This document shows, piece after piece, positions 29,188 to 39,825 of a DNA stretch of 64,000 nucleotides. The DNA comes from Spirochaetia bacterium (GTDB taxonomy: Bacteria > Spirochaetota > Spirochaetia > DSM-2461). Below the pieces are notes generated by a model. The model was not told the origin of the DNA. It made no database searches and saw only the letters and a program-made list of their open reading frames with translations. The stretch's first letter is position 1, and each line of letters starts with the position of its first letter. The stretch spans positions 736,001-800,000 of the forward strand of contig OY764216.1 in NCBI GenBank assembly GCA_963668315.1, given 5' to 3'. A program made the position numbers and the translations under genes.

Positions 29188-30294
29188 ATGAAATTCAGAT
29201 GCGACAAAAATGTTATTTTAAAAGAAATTTCCATTGCCCAGGACATCGTCTCATCGAGAAATGCCCTTTCGATTCTATCGAATGTTCTTCTTGAAGCGGA
29301 TAACAACAGTTTAACAATCAAAGCCACCGATCTTAAGGTCGGATTTGAAACAGTTATACCCGTTGATCTGGAAGAAGCAGGAAGCACCACCATTTACTGT
29401 GATAAATTCCTGGGAATCATCAAATCACTTCCCAGCGGCACTATCACCTTTGAACAGATTAATAACGAGAAAATGATCATCCGTACCGATGATGAAAATA
29501 TCTCCTTCCAGCTGAATACCATTGATGCCGATAAATTCCCCGAATTACTTGCCGTGGAAGACTCCTCCTATTTTGAGCTTCCCCAGCAGATGTTTATGGA
29601 AATGATCTCCCATACAATTTTTTCCATCTCCGACGATGAAACCCGTTATTTCATGAATGGTGTCTACATGGAAAAAGAGGATTCCCAGCTTGTCATGGTC
29701 GGTACGGACGGACGGAGACTCTCCTATATCGGAAGGAAGTTCGAAGGGAATATTCCCGATTTCCCCGGCATCATTGTTCCCCCGAAAATTCTTCAGCTCA
29801 TCAAGAAGCTGGCTTCCGGTGAAGGGAATATCCAGATCGCCGTTGTCGATAAATCGATTTTCGTCAGATTCGACAGTCAGAAGATCTCTTCTTCCCTCAT
29901 TGACGGGCAGTTCCCCAATTACCGGAAGGTTATACCCGAAAATCAGGATAACCGCGTCGTCATCAGCAAGGAAGATCTATCCAACGCCTTGAGACGTGTT
30001 TCCATTCTGGCGGAGCATAAATCAAAGAAGATTTTCCTTACCGTTGATGCGGATCAGATCATTCTGAAATCAGAAGAGAGCGATGTGGGTACGGCAAGGG
30101 AAAAAGTTCCCTGTACCTACGACGGTCCGGAAACAACCTTTGCCCTGAACTATACCTATTTGATTGAACCTCTCAATGTTATCGATGAAGATAATATTCT
30201 CTTCCTGTTTACCGAGAAAAATCGGGCTGTCACTCTGCAGAGTAATCCGGAAAAGGATTACCTCCATGTGGTAATGCCCATGCAGATGGACTAA
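29188..30294 (+). CDS. dnaN: DNA polymerase III beta clamp
   Basis: ATDLK, DETRYFMNGV, GTDGRRL, DGQFPNY, VVMPM. Confidence 0.96.
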   Translation: MKFRCDKNVILKEISIAQDIVSSRNALSILSNVLLEADNNSLTIKATDLKVGFETVIPVDLEEAGSTTIYCDKFLGIIKSLPSGTITFEQINNEKMIIRTDDENISFQLNTIDADKFPELLAVEDSSYFELPQQMFMEMISHTIFSISDDETRYFMNGVYMEKEDSQLVMVGTDGRRLSYIGRKFEGNIPDFPGIIVPPKILQLIKKLASGEGNIQIAVVDKSIFVRFDSQKISSSLIDGQFPNYRKVIPENQDNRVVISKEDLSNALRRVSILAEHKSKKIFLTVDADQIILKSEESDVGTAREKVPCTYDGPETTFALNYTYLIEPLNVIDEDNILFLFTEKNRAVTLQSNPEKDYLHVVMPMQMD

Positions 30295-30295
30295 A

Positions 30296-31378
30296 TTGGG
30301 ATTTGACAGCGTCCGCTCACTGAATTTTCGAAATCTGGTAGATAGCCGGATTGATTTAACCGGAGCGGACAAAGTTTTTCTTGTCGGTCTGAACGGACAG
30401 GGCAAGACAAATTTTCTGGAGATGATCTATTATCTCTGTTATGCTTCCTCCTTCCGGGGAAAAACAGAAAAGGGCCTGTGCCGTCACGGAGAAGCGGGAT
30501 TTTTCGTGGGCGGTAAATATTCCTTCACGGGGATTCAATACGGATCCCTGGGCATTTCCTTTAAAAACGGTGTGAGAACCGTGAAAATGGATGATAAAAT
30601 CGTCCGGGACAGAAAGGAACTCATCAATAACATTCCCTGCGTTGTATTCTGCCATGACGATTTGACGTTTGTGAACGGATCCCCGGAACGAAAGCGCTGG
30701 TTTTTTGATCAGACCTTAAGTTATCAGTATCCCCTATACGTGGATTCCCTGCGAAAATACAAAAAAGTCCTGCTTCAACGGAATAAAGTCCTCAAGGAGA
30801 AACGGAGAGACCTTCTGGAAGTATATACCGATCAGATGGTTACCATCGGAAAGGAAATCCAGACCCGCCGAAAGGAACTGACAGAGCTTTTCAATACCCA
30901 TTTCAATCGCTATTTCAGACACATTTCCGGACTGGAAGAGGAACTTTCCATTGTATATCAGCCCTCCTGGAGAGGATTGGAGGAAGAGAAGGATATTTTT
31001 GATTTCCTGAAATCCCGTGAAGAGAAGGAGATCTTCAAGGGATCCTCCCTGTATGGCCCTCACCGGGATAATTTCATGTTCATGCAGAAGGGAAAAAATT
31101 TTATAGATTTCGGCTCCACCGGGCAGATGAGGCTTATCTCATTGATTTTGCGCATCGCCCAGGCGGATTTTGTCAGCGCCAGCCAGGAGAAAAAACCTGT
31201 GCTGCTGCTGGATGACGTGCTATTGGAACTGGACAGGGAGAAAAGAGCGCTGTTCCTGGACAGCCTTCCCCCCTATGAACAGGCCTTTTTCACCTTTTTG
31301 CCCGGGGACGACACTTATACAAGAGGGCAAAATAGTTTATTCTTTGACATCGAAAAAGGACAATTAACAAAAAGATGA
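30296..31378 (+). CDS. recF: DNA replication/repair protein RecF
   Basis: GLNGQGKTN, GPHRD, GSTGQ, LLLDDVLLELD. Confidence 0.94.
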   Translation: MGFDSVRSLNFRNLVDSRIDLTGADKVFLVGLNGQGKTNFLEMIYYLCYASSFRGKTEKGLCRHGEAGFFVGGKYSFTGIQYGSLGISFKNGVRTVKMDDKIVRDRKELINNIPCVVFCHDDLTFVNGSPERKRWFFDQTLSYQYPLYVDSLRKYKKVLLQRNKVLKEKRRDLLEVYTDQMVTIGKEIQTRRKELTELFNTHFNRYFRHISGLEEELSIVYQPSWRGLEEEKDIFDFLKSREEKEIFKGSSLYGPHRDNFMFMQKGKNFIDFGSTGQMRLISLILRIAQADFVSASQEKKPVLLLDDVLLELDREKRALFLDSLPPYEQAFFTFLPGDDTYTRGQNSLFFDIEKGQLTKR

Positions 31379-31794
31379 GAGAATCGGCCGATATCATATC
31401 ACAGTTTTTTGACAGGGATGTTGTTCAGGAAGGAGAGGACTGGATCAAGCTGATTTCTTCCTGGGAAAGGATCGTAGGAACGGATCTGGCGGCTCATATC
31501 AAAATAAAGGATCTGAAAGGAACGACCCTCATACTGAACAGCGATCATCCGGGATGGGCCCAGATTTTCTTTATGAAAAAACGGGCTATTATGAATAAAA
31601 TGATAAAACAGTTTCCCCGGGCGACCATCAGAAGCTTCCGCGTTCTATGCGATAATAAAAGCATTAACAGGGAATTGATGGAAAATGCCCGTGTTATCGA
31701 GGAATATAAAAACGAACCGGAAAAGGAAAATTCCGTCAAGCCTGACAATGAATTCTCCGATCTTTTGAAAAACTTAAGGAATTTGGGAGAATAA
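31375..31794 (+). CDS. dciA: DUF721/DciA-family helicase-operating protein
   Basis: WERIVGTDLAAH..L..DHPGWAQ; position after recF. Confidence 0.8.
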   Translation: MRESADIISQFFDRDVVQEGEDWIKLISSWERIVGTDLAAHIKIKDLKGTTLILNSDHPGWAQIFFMKKRAIMNKMIKQFPRATIRSFRVLCDNKSINRELMENARVIEEYKNEPEKENSVKPDNEFSDLLKNLRNLGE

Positions 31795-31894
31795 TGGACT
31801 GCTTCGCAGTTGACATAATCTTTCCTTGCAACTAAAATTATTTCGCTTTTATTGTCAAATAATTGAGTGTAATATATTATCAGGAGACTGACAG

Positions 31895-32050
31895 ATGAAA
31901 AGAACATATCAGCCCAGCAAGACTAAAAGAAACAGAAGATGGGGTTTCCGGGCTCGAATGAAAACCAAGAATGGTCGCGCCGTTCTCTCCAGAAGAAGAA
32001 GAAAGGGTAGAAAAAAGCTTTCCATTTCTAATGAAAAGAAACCTTACTAG
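31895..32050 (+). CDS. rpmH: 50S ribosomal protein L34
   Basis: Not in ORF track (51 aa); [51 protein letters not shown]. Confidence 0.96.
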   Translation: MKRTYQPSKTKRNRRWGFRARMKTKNGRAVLSRRRRKGRKKLSISNEKKPY

Positions 32051-32378
32051 AGATGAACGAATCGGAAGCGCTTCCGATTTCAAGAAAATTTTTGCGTCCG
32101 CTGCATCAATGTCATGCAGGGGCGCAAAAATTTTTTTTATTCAAAATGACAGGGAATATAACCGGATCGGTATAACGTTACGACGAAAATACGGTAATGC
32201 CGTGGAAAGAAATTACGGCCGTCGTATAATGAAAGAATTGTACAGGAATAATAAGAATTCTATTAAACAGGGTTTTGATATAATTTTTATTATCTATCCT
32301 GGCAATTATGACTTCAGGGATAGGGAAGAACAGTTTCAAATCCTTATGAGAAGGTCCGGTCTTGTTAAAGGAAATTAA
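32031..32378 (+). CDS. rnpA: Ribonuclease P protein component
   Basis: [25 protein letters not shown]; follows rpmH. Confidence 0.92.
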   Translation: MKRNLTRDERIGSASDFKKIFASAASMSCRGAKIFFIQNDREYNRIGITLRRKYGNAVERNYGRRIMKELYRNNKNSIKQGFDIIFIIYPGNYDFRDREEQFQILMRRSGLVKGN

Positions 32379-32595
32379 TTCGTTTTTGGGCAGAGCATTT
32401 CGTTTATTTGTTCTGTTCTATAGAAAGTTCATTTCTCCTTTTTTTCCGAGTAGCTGTCGGTTTACTCCGACCTGTTCAGCCTATACCGCAGAAGCTTTAC
32501 AAAAGTATGGATTTGCCAAGGGTATGTATTTAGGAATCAGACGGATACTAAGATGTCATCCCCGCAATCCAGGCGGTTATGATCCGGTTCCCTGA
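32362..32595 (+). CDS. yidD: Membrane protein insertion efficiency factor
   Basis: [25 protein letters not shown]. Confidence 0.94.
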   Translation: MLKEINSFLGRAFRLFVLFYRKFISPFFPSSCRFTPTCSAYTAEALQKYGFAKGMYLGIRRILRCHPRNPGGYDPVP

Positions 32596-32642
32596 CCTTA
32601 TTAAAAAAGTTACCCCTTAGCGGGCTTTACACAGGAGTGATA

Positions 32643-34448
32643 ATGGATAAAAACGTCGTACTGGCCGTTGTTTTAAGTTTTGTTGTGATTATGGGTTTTT
32701 CCTTTCTTCAGCAGAGGATGTTCCCTAAAAATGAAATAAGTCAAACCGAAGTTGTGGAAAATCAACCTCAGGAAAACAGCGAAACTGAAGTAACCCTTTC
32801 CCAGGATAACGTTGTAAACGGATCCGCCCTATCCGTCAGCAGTGGCGATTACAGCGTCTATGCAAGCGAGGGCCAGGCGCCCGCCGCTTCTCAGATCATC
32901 ACCATGAATACGGATCTCTATGAGATACAATTTTCCACCCTGGGCGGTGATATCACTTCCCTGAAGCTGAAAGAGCACGTAGGCGACAACGGGGAACAGG
33001 TTAATATGGTGTATCCCGTTACGGAAAACCGGGCGGCCTTTGAGTTATCCTTCGGAGAAAATTATTCCCGTCCCGTCAGAGACGCATTTTATTTCAAAAA
33101 GACCGGTGATTACGAGTATCATTTTTACCAGTCCTTCGTTATGAACTACAGCGACGGAACTTCCAGCGCCCCCTTCACCATCACAAAGAAGTACCGCTTT
33201 GTTCCCAATGAATATATGATGGAAATGACCGTGGAAATGGAAAATTCCGTAAATGAATATATTCCCCTTAATTATGACGGAATAGCCTATACCCTTACCT
33301 ACGGTCCTCAGATTGGTCCCGACTTTGAGAAGCTGGACGGCCGCTACTATTTCCGTCAGTTCCAGACCTATAAGAATGAAAAGGTTGAGCTGGTTAACCG
33401 GGGTACGAAGAAAAATCAGTTTGTTGTGGACGACTATGTGAACTGGGCTTCTATCAGCGGAAAGTACTTTTCCGTCGCCGCTATTACCGATTCCACGAAA
33501 TATAAAGTCATCTTTGATAACAGAGAGACAGGATCGACCGGTAAGGAAGCGTCCTACATGTCTTTCGCCCGGCCGTCCATCGGCAGTTCGAAGAACAGCG
33601 ACACTTTTCACTTCTATATAGGGCCCAAGGATAAGAGCATCCTCTCCCTCTATAACAACAATCTTGACAACAGTTTCAATTTCTCCAACATGAAGCTGGA
33701 TGAGCTTTCCCAGGCCGGCGGTATACTGGCCCCCATCCAGTGGCTCTTAAAACTGATTATTGAGCTGGTGTACAAGGTCATTCCCAACTATGGTATCGCC
33801 ATTATCATTATGACCCTTCTCATCAAGCTTGTTCTTTTTCCCGTTACCCACAAGAGTTACGAATCGACCGCGAAAATGCAGGAGATTCAGCCTCTCGTCA
33901 AGGAAATACAGGAAAAGTTTAAGGATGATCCCCAGAAACTGAACGGGGAAATGGCAAAAGTGTATAAGGAACAGGGAGTCAGTCCCCTGGGCGGATGTCT
34001 TCCCATGGTGCTCCAGATGCCTATCCTTTTTGCCGTGTACGGTATGCTTAACCGGTATTTTGACCTGCGGGGAGCCGTTTTTATCCCCGGCTGGATCAAT
34101 GACCTTTCCGCTCCCGAATCGGTATGGAATTTTGCTCCCGTAAGCATCCCCTTTAATATCGGAAGCGATTTGCGTCTGCTTCCCATTATTTACGTGGCGA
34201 CTCAGCTGCTGTCCATGAGAATTACTCAGAGCACGCAGACGGCAGGGCAGACGGGAGCCCAGCAGAAAATGATGATGTACGGTATGCCGGCCATGTTCTT
34301 TTTCGTCCTTTACAATGTACCCTCCGGTCTTCTTATCTACTGGATTACCATGAACGTCATGACGACGGCTCAGCAGTATTATATTACCCGCAAGAAGAAG
34401 ATTCAGGACGGTCTGCTAGAGACAAAAAAGAATAAAAAGGGCAAATAA
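32643..34448 (+). CDS. yidC: Membrane protein insertase YidC
   Basis: NYGIAII, PLGGCLPMVLQMP, WINDLSAPE, PSGLLIYW. Confidence 0.95.
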   Translation: MDKNVVLAVVLSFVVIMGFSFLQQRMFPKNEISQTEVVENQPQENSETEVTLSQDNVVNGSALSVSSGDYSVYASEGQAPAASQIITMNTDLYEIQFSTLGGDITSLKLKEHVGDNGEQVNMVYPVTENRAAFELSFGENYSRPVRDAFYFKKTGDYEYHFYQSFVMNYSDGTSSAPFTITKKYRFVPNEYMMEMTVEMENSVNEYIPLNYDGIAYTLTYGPQIGPDFEKLDGRYYFRQFQTYKNEKVELVNRGTKKNQFVVDDYVNWASISGKYFSVAAITDSTKYKVIFDNRETGSTGKEASYMSFARPSIGSSKNSDTFHFYIGPKDKSILSLYNNNLDNSFNFSNMKLDELSQAGGILAPIQWLLKLIIELVYKVIPNYGIAIIIMTLLIKLVLFPVTHKSYESTAKMQEIQPLVKEIQEKFKDDPQKLNGEMAKVYKEQGVSPLGGCLPMVLQMPILFAVYGMLNRYFDLRGAVFIPGWINDLSAPESVWNFAPVSIPFNIGSDLRLLPIIYVATQLLSMRITQSTQTAGQTGAQQKMMMYGMPAMFFFVLYNVPSGLLIYWITMNVMTTAQQYYITRKKKIQDGLLETKKNKKGK

Positions 34449-34490
34449 TATGAGATTGTGCCGGCCTCGGGCCGGTTTCAGGAGATAAAC

Positions 34491-35165
34491 ATGATTAAGG
34501 AATTCGAAGGAAAGACCGAAAAGGACGCCATTCAAAAGGCTGTTTCCGAACTCGGCCTGACGCAGGATCAATTCGAAGTAGAGATCCTGTCGGCGGAAAA
34601 GTCCGGTTTCCTCTTTAAGAAAGGAACGGTACGAATTCGGGCTCATTTTGACGATAGCCAATTTACCTTCAAGGATGAGAGACCCGATCTTGTGCCGGAG
34701 AACGATTTAGAGAAAAAACTGATCGACTTTACCACCAACGTAATTAAAAATATGGGTTATGAAGCCGTTGTCACCCTCAAGGAAAGGGAGCAGGAAAAAC
34801 TGATTTTTTCCATCGAGTCGGAAAATTCAGCGATTATCATCGGCCGCAAGGGTAAAAATATCGACGCCCTTCAGCTCCTGGCTAACGTTTATGAAAGCCG
34901 AATCGCCGGGGGTAAAAGTCAGAATAGAATCATACTGGATGCGGAAAACTATCGCCGCCGCCGGGAAGAGAATCTGATTAAAATAGCCGAGAAAACTGCC
35001 GAAGCCGTGGTAAAAACCAAGTCTTCCAAGCTTCTTGAGCCGATGAATCCCTTTGAGAGAAGGCTGATTCATACGACCCTGAATGACAGGAACGATGTCA
35101 TGACCAAGAGTGAAGGTGAAGGACTTTTCAAGAGAGTCCGGATTATTTACAAGGGTTCGCGCTAG
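34491..35165 (+). CDS. jag: RNA-binding protein Jag/EloR (KhpB)
   Basis: Jag_N, KH (IIGRKGKNIDALQ) and R3H (PMNPFERRLIH) domains; AGGAG RBS. Confidence 0.93.
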   Translation: MIKEFEGKTEKDAIQKAVSELGLTQDQFEVEILSAEKSGFLFKKGTVRIRAHFDDSQFTFKDERPDLVPENDLEKKLIDFTTNVIKNMGYEAVVTLKEREQEKLIFSIESENSAIIIGRKGKNIDALQLLANVYESRIAGGKSQNRIILDAENYRRRREENLIKIAEKTAEAVVKTKSSKLLEPMNPFERRLIHTTLNDRNDVMTKSEGEGLFKRVRIIYKGSR

Positions 35166-35193
35166 AAATGCGAAAGCGGATAGCGTAAAGATG

Positions 35194-35226
35194 AAAGGGG
35201 CTGCTCTCAGGGAGCAGCCTTTTTTT
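35194..35226 (+). terminator. Intrinsic terminator after jag, probably bidirectional
   Basis: GGCTGCTC...GAGCAGCC followed by T-tract. Confidence 0.8.
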
Positions 35227-35788
35227 ATGTCTGATAGGGTTCAAAATCGGCCGGAAGATAGTGCCTGCCGTTAATGGCTATGTACGTCATGGCACCGGTT
35301 TTCAAATCAAGGATCAAATCGATATGAGTGATGGATGAATCGGTTACATCAAGAGTGACTGACGCCGTGCCCGAAAGGATTGCCATATTGCTATCAACCA
35401 GCATAGGAAGAATCGTCACTCCTCCTGTGATATTTCCGCTATGATCAGAGAAGGTATAGGAGGAATGAACCTTATTAATCATACGGACTTCATAATTTCC
35501 CGTCGAAAGGGATATTATATCCCCGCCGATGCTGATTGAAGGCTCATTAATGATAAATACCGTATTTGCATGGGTTGTGTCGGTTTCGGTCTTCGCGGCG
35601 GTGAAGGGGGATTTTTCCATTATCTCATCGGGAGAAAGGTAAAAAGACGCGATAATAGCTTCCATTTCGCCGGCCAGTTCATCGGTTACGCGGCCATACT
35701 CCTGTGACGTCGAATCTGACCCACTATCACAGGAACCAAAAAATAGCGTGACGACAGACAGTAGAAAGAGCAAAAATTTTTTTTCCAT
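35225..35788 (-). CDS. Hypothetical lipoprotein
   Basis: MEKKFLLFLLSVVTLFFGSC lipobox. Confidence 0.7.
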   Translation of the reverse strand: MEKKFLLFLLSVVTLFFGSCDSGSDSTSQEYGRVTDELAGEMEAIIASFYLSPDEIMEKSPFTAAKTETDTTHANTVFIINEPSISIGGDIISLSTGNYEVRMINKVHSSYTFSDHSGNITGGVTILPMLVDSNMAILSGTASVTLDVTDSSITHIDLILDLKTGAMTYIAINGRHYLPADFEPYQT

Positions 35789-35889
35789 AATACATCCTGT
35801 AAGTGAAATATCTGGAAAAATATATACCCCATTATTATTAATGGAAATAGATTTTTGCCATTAATAAAGATTATTTTGAGATATTGAAA

Positions 35890-36291
35890 TTAGAGATTTG
35901 ATAGAAATTCTTCTTTTTGACTGCGCAGGACTTCCTTTTTGGGAAGTTCACGTTTTTTACCCGATTCATCAATGCTGACAAAGGTCACCTTGTTTTCGAA
36001 TACCAAGCTCTCCTTGTCTTCACCGGGTGAGTCGGCAAAAACATTCACCATATAGGTGATGCTGCTGGTTCCCTGGTTGCAGGGCAGGATATGAAAGCGG
36101 AGAATGGATCCGTTGGGAACGGCTTTTTCAAAACTGATTTTGTCCATCGCCCGGGTGACCAGTTTATAGCCGGGAAAATCCCGGGAAGCGGTGAGCCAGG
36201 CGAATTCATCGACCCAGCTGAGCATCTGTCCCCCGAAAAGGTTATCGTGCTGATTTAGGTGTTCGAACCGGACAATGGTATAGTTATTCAT
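35890..36291 (-). CDS. Acyl-CoA thioesterase (HotDog fold)
   Basis: HLNQHDNLFGGQMLSWVDE, VTFVSID. Confidence 0.88.
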   Translation of the reverse strand: MNNYTIVRFEHLNQHDNLFGGQMLSWVDEFAWLTASRDFPGYKLVTRAMDKISFEKAVPNGSILRFHILPCNQGTSSITYMVNVFADSPGEDKESLVFENKVTFVSIDESGKKRELPKKEVLRSQKEEFLSNL

Positions 36292-36351
36292 GGGAAAAAC
36301 CTACCATCGTCCGGATAACTTGTCAATTATGATTTGTATACTTGAAAAAAT

Positions 36352-36396
36352 AAAAAAAAAGGACTATTGCCTATACCAATAATGCAATAGTCCTTT
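36352..36396 (-). terminator. Intrinsic terminator of lipoprotein gene
   Basis: GGACTATTGC...GCAATAGTCC stem with long T-tract on the minus strand. Confidence 0.8.
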
Positions 36397-36427
36397 CATT
36401 AATAAGTTAATTTATATCTATCTAGTT

Positions 36428-37120
36428 TTATTCATCAGCTTCAATGAAAGACTGAAAATCTGCAATATTATAGGTGTTATTACCAATGGTAAAAGTGCCT
36501 TTAGCACTCTTAAATGAATCATCCGAAGCGTCCATTACCAAAGTAAAGTCAAAATCAACATCTGAAATATCAGAAAATCCACTGATTGTATAATCTCCCG
36601 TTGCACTCATGGTAATAGTACCAGTCATATTCTCATTCTGATCAGATGTAGTATCCATGGACATTGTTAAAGAACTTGTACCGGATAATGTTCCACTGGT
36701 GGTATAACCCTTACTATCAGTGAAGGAAATTGCTGAATTAGATAAAGTCATAGAAAATACCATATCCATATCCATTGTCACTATTCCAGTATTTATATCA
36801 TAAGACATTGAGTTAATAGTCAAAGTACAATTATAATCACTTCCATTATAAGTATATGTGCTTGTTCCTCCTTGGTAAGAATTCATTGAATTATTAAAAA
36901 AAGTGGCAAAAGCAGAATCATGATCATCCAAATCTTCAGTCACATCCATTTGAGTACCTAAAAAGACACTAGCCAGATCATAGAGCTCCTGCGATACTGT
37001 ACCGTCATTTATGGCTGTGAAGTCGGTCGGTGCAGGAGCTGAATTACCACTAGCATCTTCGCAAGAAAAGAAAGTAATAGACATGGCTACTACTAAAAAA
37101 AGAACAACGAGTTTTTTCAT
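36428..37120 (-). CDS. Hypothetical Ser/Thr/Asp-rich lipoprotein, AT-rich gene
   Basis: MKKLVVLFLVVAMSITFFSC lipobox; AGGAG RBS. Confidence 0.75.
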   Translation of the reverse strand: MKKLVVLFLVVAMSITFFSCEDASGNSAPAPTDFTAINDGTVSQELYDLASVFLGTQMDVTEDLDDHDSAFATFFNNSMNSYQGGTSTYTYNGSDYNCTLTINSMSYDINTGIVTMDMDMVFSMTLSNSAISFTDSKGYTTSGTLSGTSSLTMSMDTTSDQNENMTGTITMSATGDYTISGFSDISDVDFDFTLVMDASDDSFKSAKGTFTIGNNTYNIADFQSFIEADE

Positions 37121-37273
37121 TTGATTCTCCTATTCAATTAGAAATATTGTATTTATGTATACTCTATCACTAATAAAATGAATTTACAGTCATAAAAAAA
37201 AATATGATAAAAATGTGTTTACATATTCAAAGAATATGACCTTTAATGCTGAAGAATCATATTCTTTGAGTAT

Positions 37274-37900
37274 TTAAAGTTTGTAAAGGTCAAACTTCTT
37301 ATCAAATTCCAGACTAACCGGGAGAAGTTCCGTTTTGGATGATGCCACTGTTTCCAGAAAATACCGATGGATCCCCGTGTAGCCGGTCAGTTCCGGATGG
37401 AAACTGGCGGCCAGGCAGTTATTTTGTCGTACCAATACGGGGACTTCTTCATGGCTGGCCATCACGTCCGTATTTTCCCCCAATGAGTGGATGCGAGGGG
37501 CTCGGATGAACAGGGCGGGTACGGTATCTCCTCCCCAGATCAAATCCGTTTCGAAGCTGTCCTTTTGCCGTCCATAGGCGTTACGTGTCACACGGTAATC
37601 CATAGCCGACAGAGTAGGCTGATCGGAATTCTCCACACCCGAGGAGAGCATTATCATACCGGCGCAGGTTCCGAAAACGGGAAGTCCCTCACTGATCAAG
37701 CGGGACAGATCGTCCCACATATCCATTCTCTGCAGAAGACGATACATCACGGTGCTCTCTCCGCCGGGAATAATGAGACAGCTGATGCGGTTAAGTTCCT
37801 GCCGGCATTTTACAAGCAGAGGCTTGTAACCCAGGTTTTTCAAAACACCTTCGTGGGCGGCAAAGCCGCCCTGAAGGGCCAGTATTCCCGGCCTTTCCAT
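37274..37900 (-). CDS. pdxT: PLP synthase glutaminase subunit
   Basis: GILALQG, PGGEST, GTCAG, RNAYGRQ, FHPEL. Confidence 0.95.
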   Translation of the reverse strand: MERPGILALQGGFAAHEGVLKNLGYKPLLVKCRQELNRISCLIIPGGESTVMYRLLQRMDMWDDLSRLISEGLPVFGTCAGMIMLSSGVENSDQPTLSAMDYRVTRNAYGRQKDSFETDLIWGGDTVPALFIRAPRIHSLGENTDVMASHEEVPVLVRQNNCLAASFHPELTGYTGIHRYFLETVASSKTELLPVSLEFDKKFDLYKL

Positions 37901-38805
37901 TACCAGCCCCGTCCGGCCATACGCTGTTCAGGAAGAAGTTCATCCATACCGATTCCGGTCATGGGAAGCCCCAGATTACGGGAAACCCTGGCCAAAGTCT
38001 CGGGATCCTCATAACGGGTGACCGCTTCGACAATCGCTGCCGCCCGCTTCGCGGGATTCTCCGATTTGAATATGCCCGAACCGACAAAAACCGCCTCTGC
38101 CCCCAGCTGCATCATCAGAGCCGCATCGGCCGGAGTGGCCACCCCGCCGGCGGAGAAATTGGGGACGGGTAATTTTCCTCTGACCGCCACTTCCAGAACA
38201 AGCTCATAGGGCGCGCCCATTTCCTTGGCCACGGTCATAAGGGTTTCCCTGGGAAGAGCCGTAATCCGGGCGATATCCTCCCTGAGGGTTCTCATATGTC
38301 TTACCGCTTCGGATATGTCTCCCGTACCGGCTTCGCCTTTGGTGCGGATCATGGCGGCTCCTTCCCCTATGCGCCTGAGGGCTTCGCCCAGATTCCGGCA
38401 GCCGCAGACGAAGGGAACGGTGAAATCGTCCTTGAGAATATGATAACGGTCATCCGCAGGGGTAAGGACTTCCGACTCGTCGATGAAGTCTATTTCCAGG
38501 GATTCGAGAATACTTGCTTCGGTGAAATGTCCTATCCGGCATTTAGCCATAACCGGTATGGTCACGGCGTTCTGAATCCCGATAATCATCTCGGGATCGG
38601 ACATGCGCGCCACGCCCCCGTCCTTGCGGATATCCGCCGGTACTCTTTCCAGGGCCATGACAGCCGCCGCTCCGGCTTCTTCGGCAATTCGTGCCTGCTC
38701 GGGAGTCACCACGTCCATAATGACGCCTCCCTTCAGCATTTCTGCCAATCCCACTTTACTTTTCCATGTTGCCGTCCGTTTTTCGGACCAGGTCTGTTCG
38801 CTCAT
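37900..38805 (-). CDS. pdxS: PLP synthase lyase subunit
   Basis: [44 protein letters not shown]. Confidence 0.97.
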   Translation of the reverse strand: MSEQTWSEKRTATWKSKVGLAEMLKGGVIMDVVTPEQARIAEEAGAAAVMALERVPADIRKDGGVARMSDPEMIIGIQNAVTIPVMAKCRIGHFTEASILESLEIDFIDESEVLTPADDRYHILKDDFTVPFVCGCRNLGEALRRIGEGAAMIRTKGEAGTGDISEAVRHMRTLREDIARITALPRETLMTVAKEMGAPYELVLEVAVRGKLPVPNFSAGGVATPADAALMMQLGAEAVFVGSGIFKSENPAKRAAAIVEAVTRYEDPETLARVSRNLGLPMTGIGMDELLPEQRMAGRGW

Positions 38806-38824
38806 CGCGTCCTCCAGCCTTGTA

Positions 38825-39598
38825 TCAACCCAGATTCAGTTTTCTGATTTCCTCCAGACCCAAAAGGACAAGTTCGGGGACGATTTTATCGAATAGATGG
38901 TACTTTTCATAAAGCCCGGCATGTTCACCCGTGGCTATTACGGTGACATTCTGCTCGGCAAAGCATTCGCGCGACAGGCGGTTAATCAGCTCCTTGAGCA
39001 TACCCAAAGTGCCGAAGAACAAGCCGCTTTGAATCCCGCTGACCGTGTTTCTGCCGCAGACTTTGGAGACGGGCTGTATTTCCACCACAGGAAGCCGGGC
39101 CGTACGGTCTGCAAGTGCTTCCATGGCTATATCCAGTCCCGGAATAAGACAGCCTCCCAGATATTCCCGGTCCCTGCTGACGGCGCACAAACTCGTCGCC
39201 GTGCCGAAATCGACAATAATGAGATTATTTCCCGGAGAAAGGCTTAGCGCCGCGGCGGCGTTGGCGATCAGGTCGGCACCCAGCTCTGAGTGGTTGGTGT
39301 ACTTCACCTGCAGTCCGCTTTTCACACCGGCTCGTAAAGTCAAAGCCTGAAGATGAAAGTAGTCCCGGCAGCATCGCTCAATCTCGCCGTTCAGCTCGGG
39401 AACGACGGAACAGAAGACAAATGCCTCCAGATCTTCTTTTTGGAAATTTTTCACAGCAAGCCATTGCAGGAGAAAGAGTCCTATCTCGTCTGCTGTCGAG
39501 CGGGGGGAGGTTTCTTTATGGAATGTTCCTAATACCTTGCCCTTGTGAATCATTCCGCCGAAAAGACGGGAACTTCCCACATCCAATGCCAAAGTCAT
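38825..39598 (-). CDS. coaX: Type III pantothenate kinase-like protein
   Basis: LALDVG, CSVVP, LGAD, VDFGTAT, GGCLIPG, VIATG, LVLLGL. Confidence 0.8.
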   Translation of the reverse strand: MTLALDVGSSRLFGGMIHKGKVLGTFHKETSPRSTADEIGLFLLQWLAVKNFQKEDLEAFVFCSVVPELNGEIERCCRDYFHLQALTLRAGVKSGLQVKYTNHSELGADLIANAAAALSLSPGNNLIIVDFGTATSLCAVSRDREYLGGCLIPGLDIAMEALADRTARLPVVEIQPVSKVCGRNTVSGIQSGLFFGTLGMLKELINRLSRECFAEQNVTVIATGEHAGLYEKYHLFDKIVPELVLLGLEEIRKLNLG

Positions 39599-39825
39599 CA
39601 GTACCTGTCCTTCTGAATCAAGTCTGAATTGATTAAGATTAGTTAGTTTACGGCCGGTACCGTTCGTTAAGAATCGATTCGGCCGGGGTTATAGTAATCC
39701 CGGCGGTAAAAAAAAGTCAATGTGGAGGATAATTTAAAATCAGAAATGGATTTTTTTCATTTATGTATATATTATGTGTCATATTTGTGTAGAACATGTG
39801 AATGTCTATATAGTAAGGATAAAAA

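Noticed and set aside
31971..32030. ORF-track N-terminal extension of RnpA
   Set aside because: Lies inside rpmH; ATG 32031 gives a normal-length RnpA
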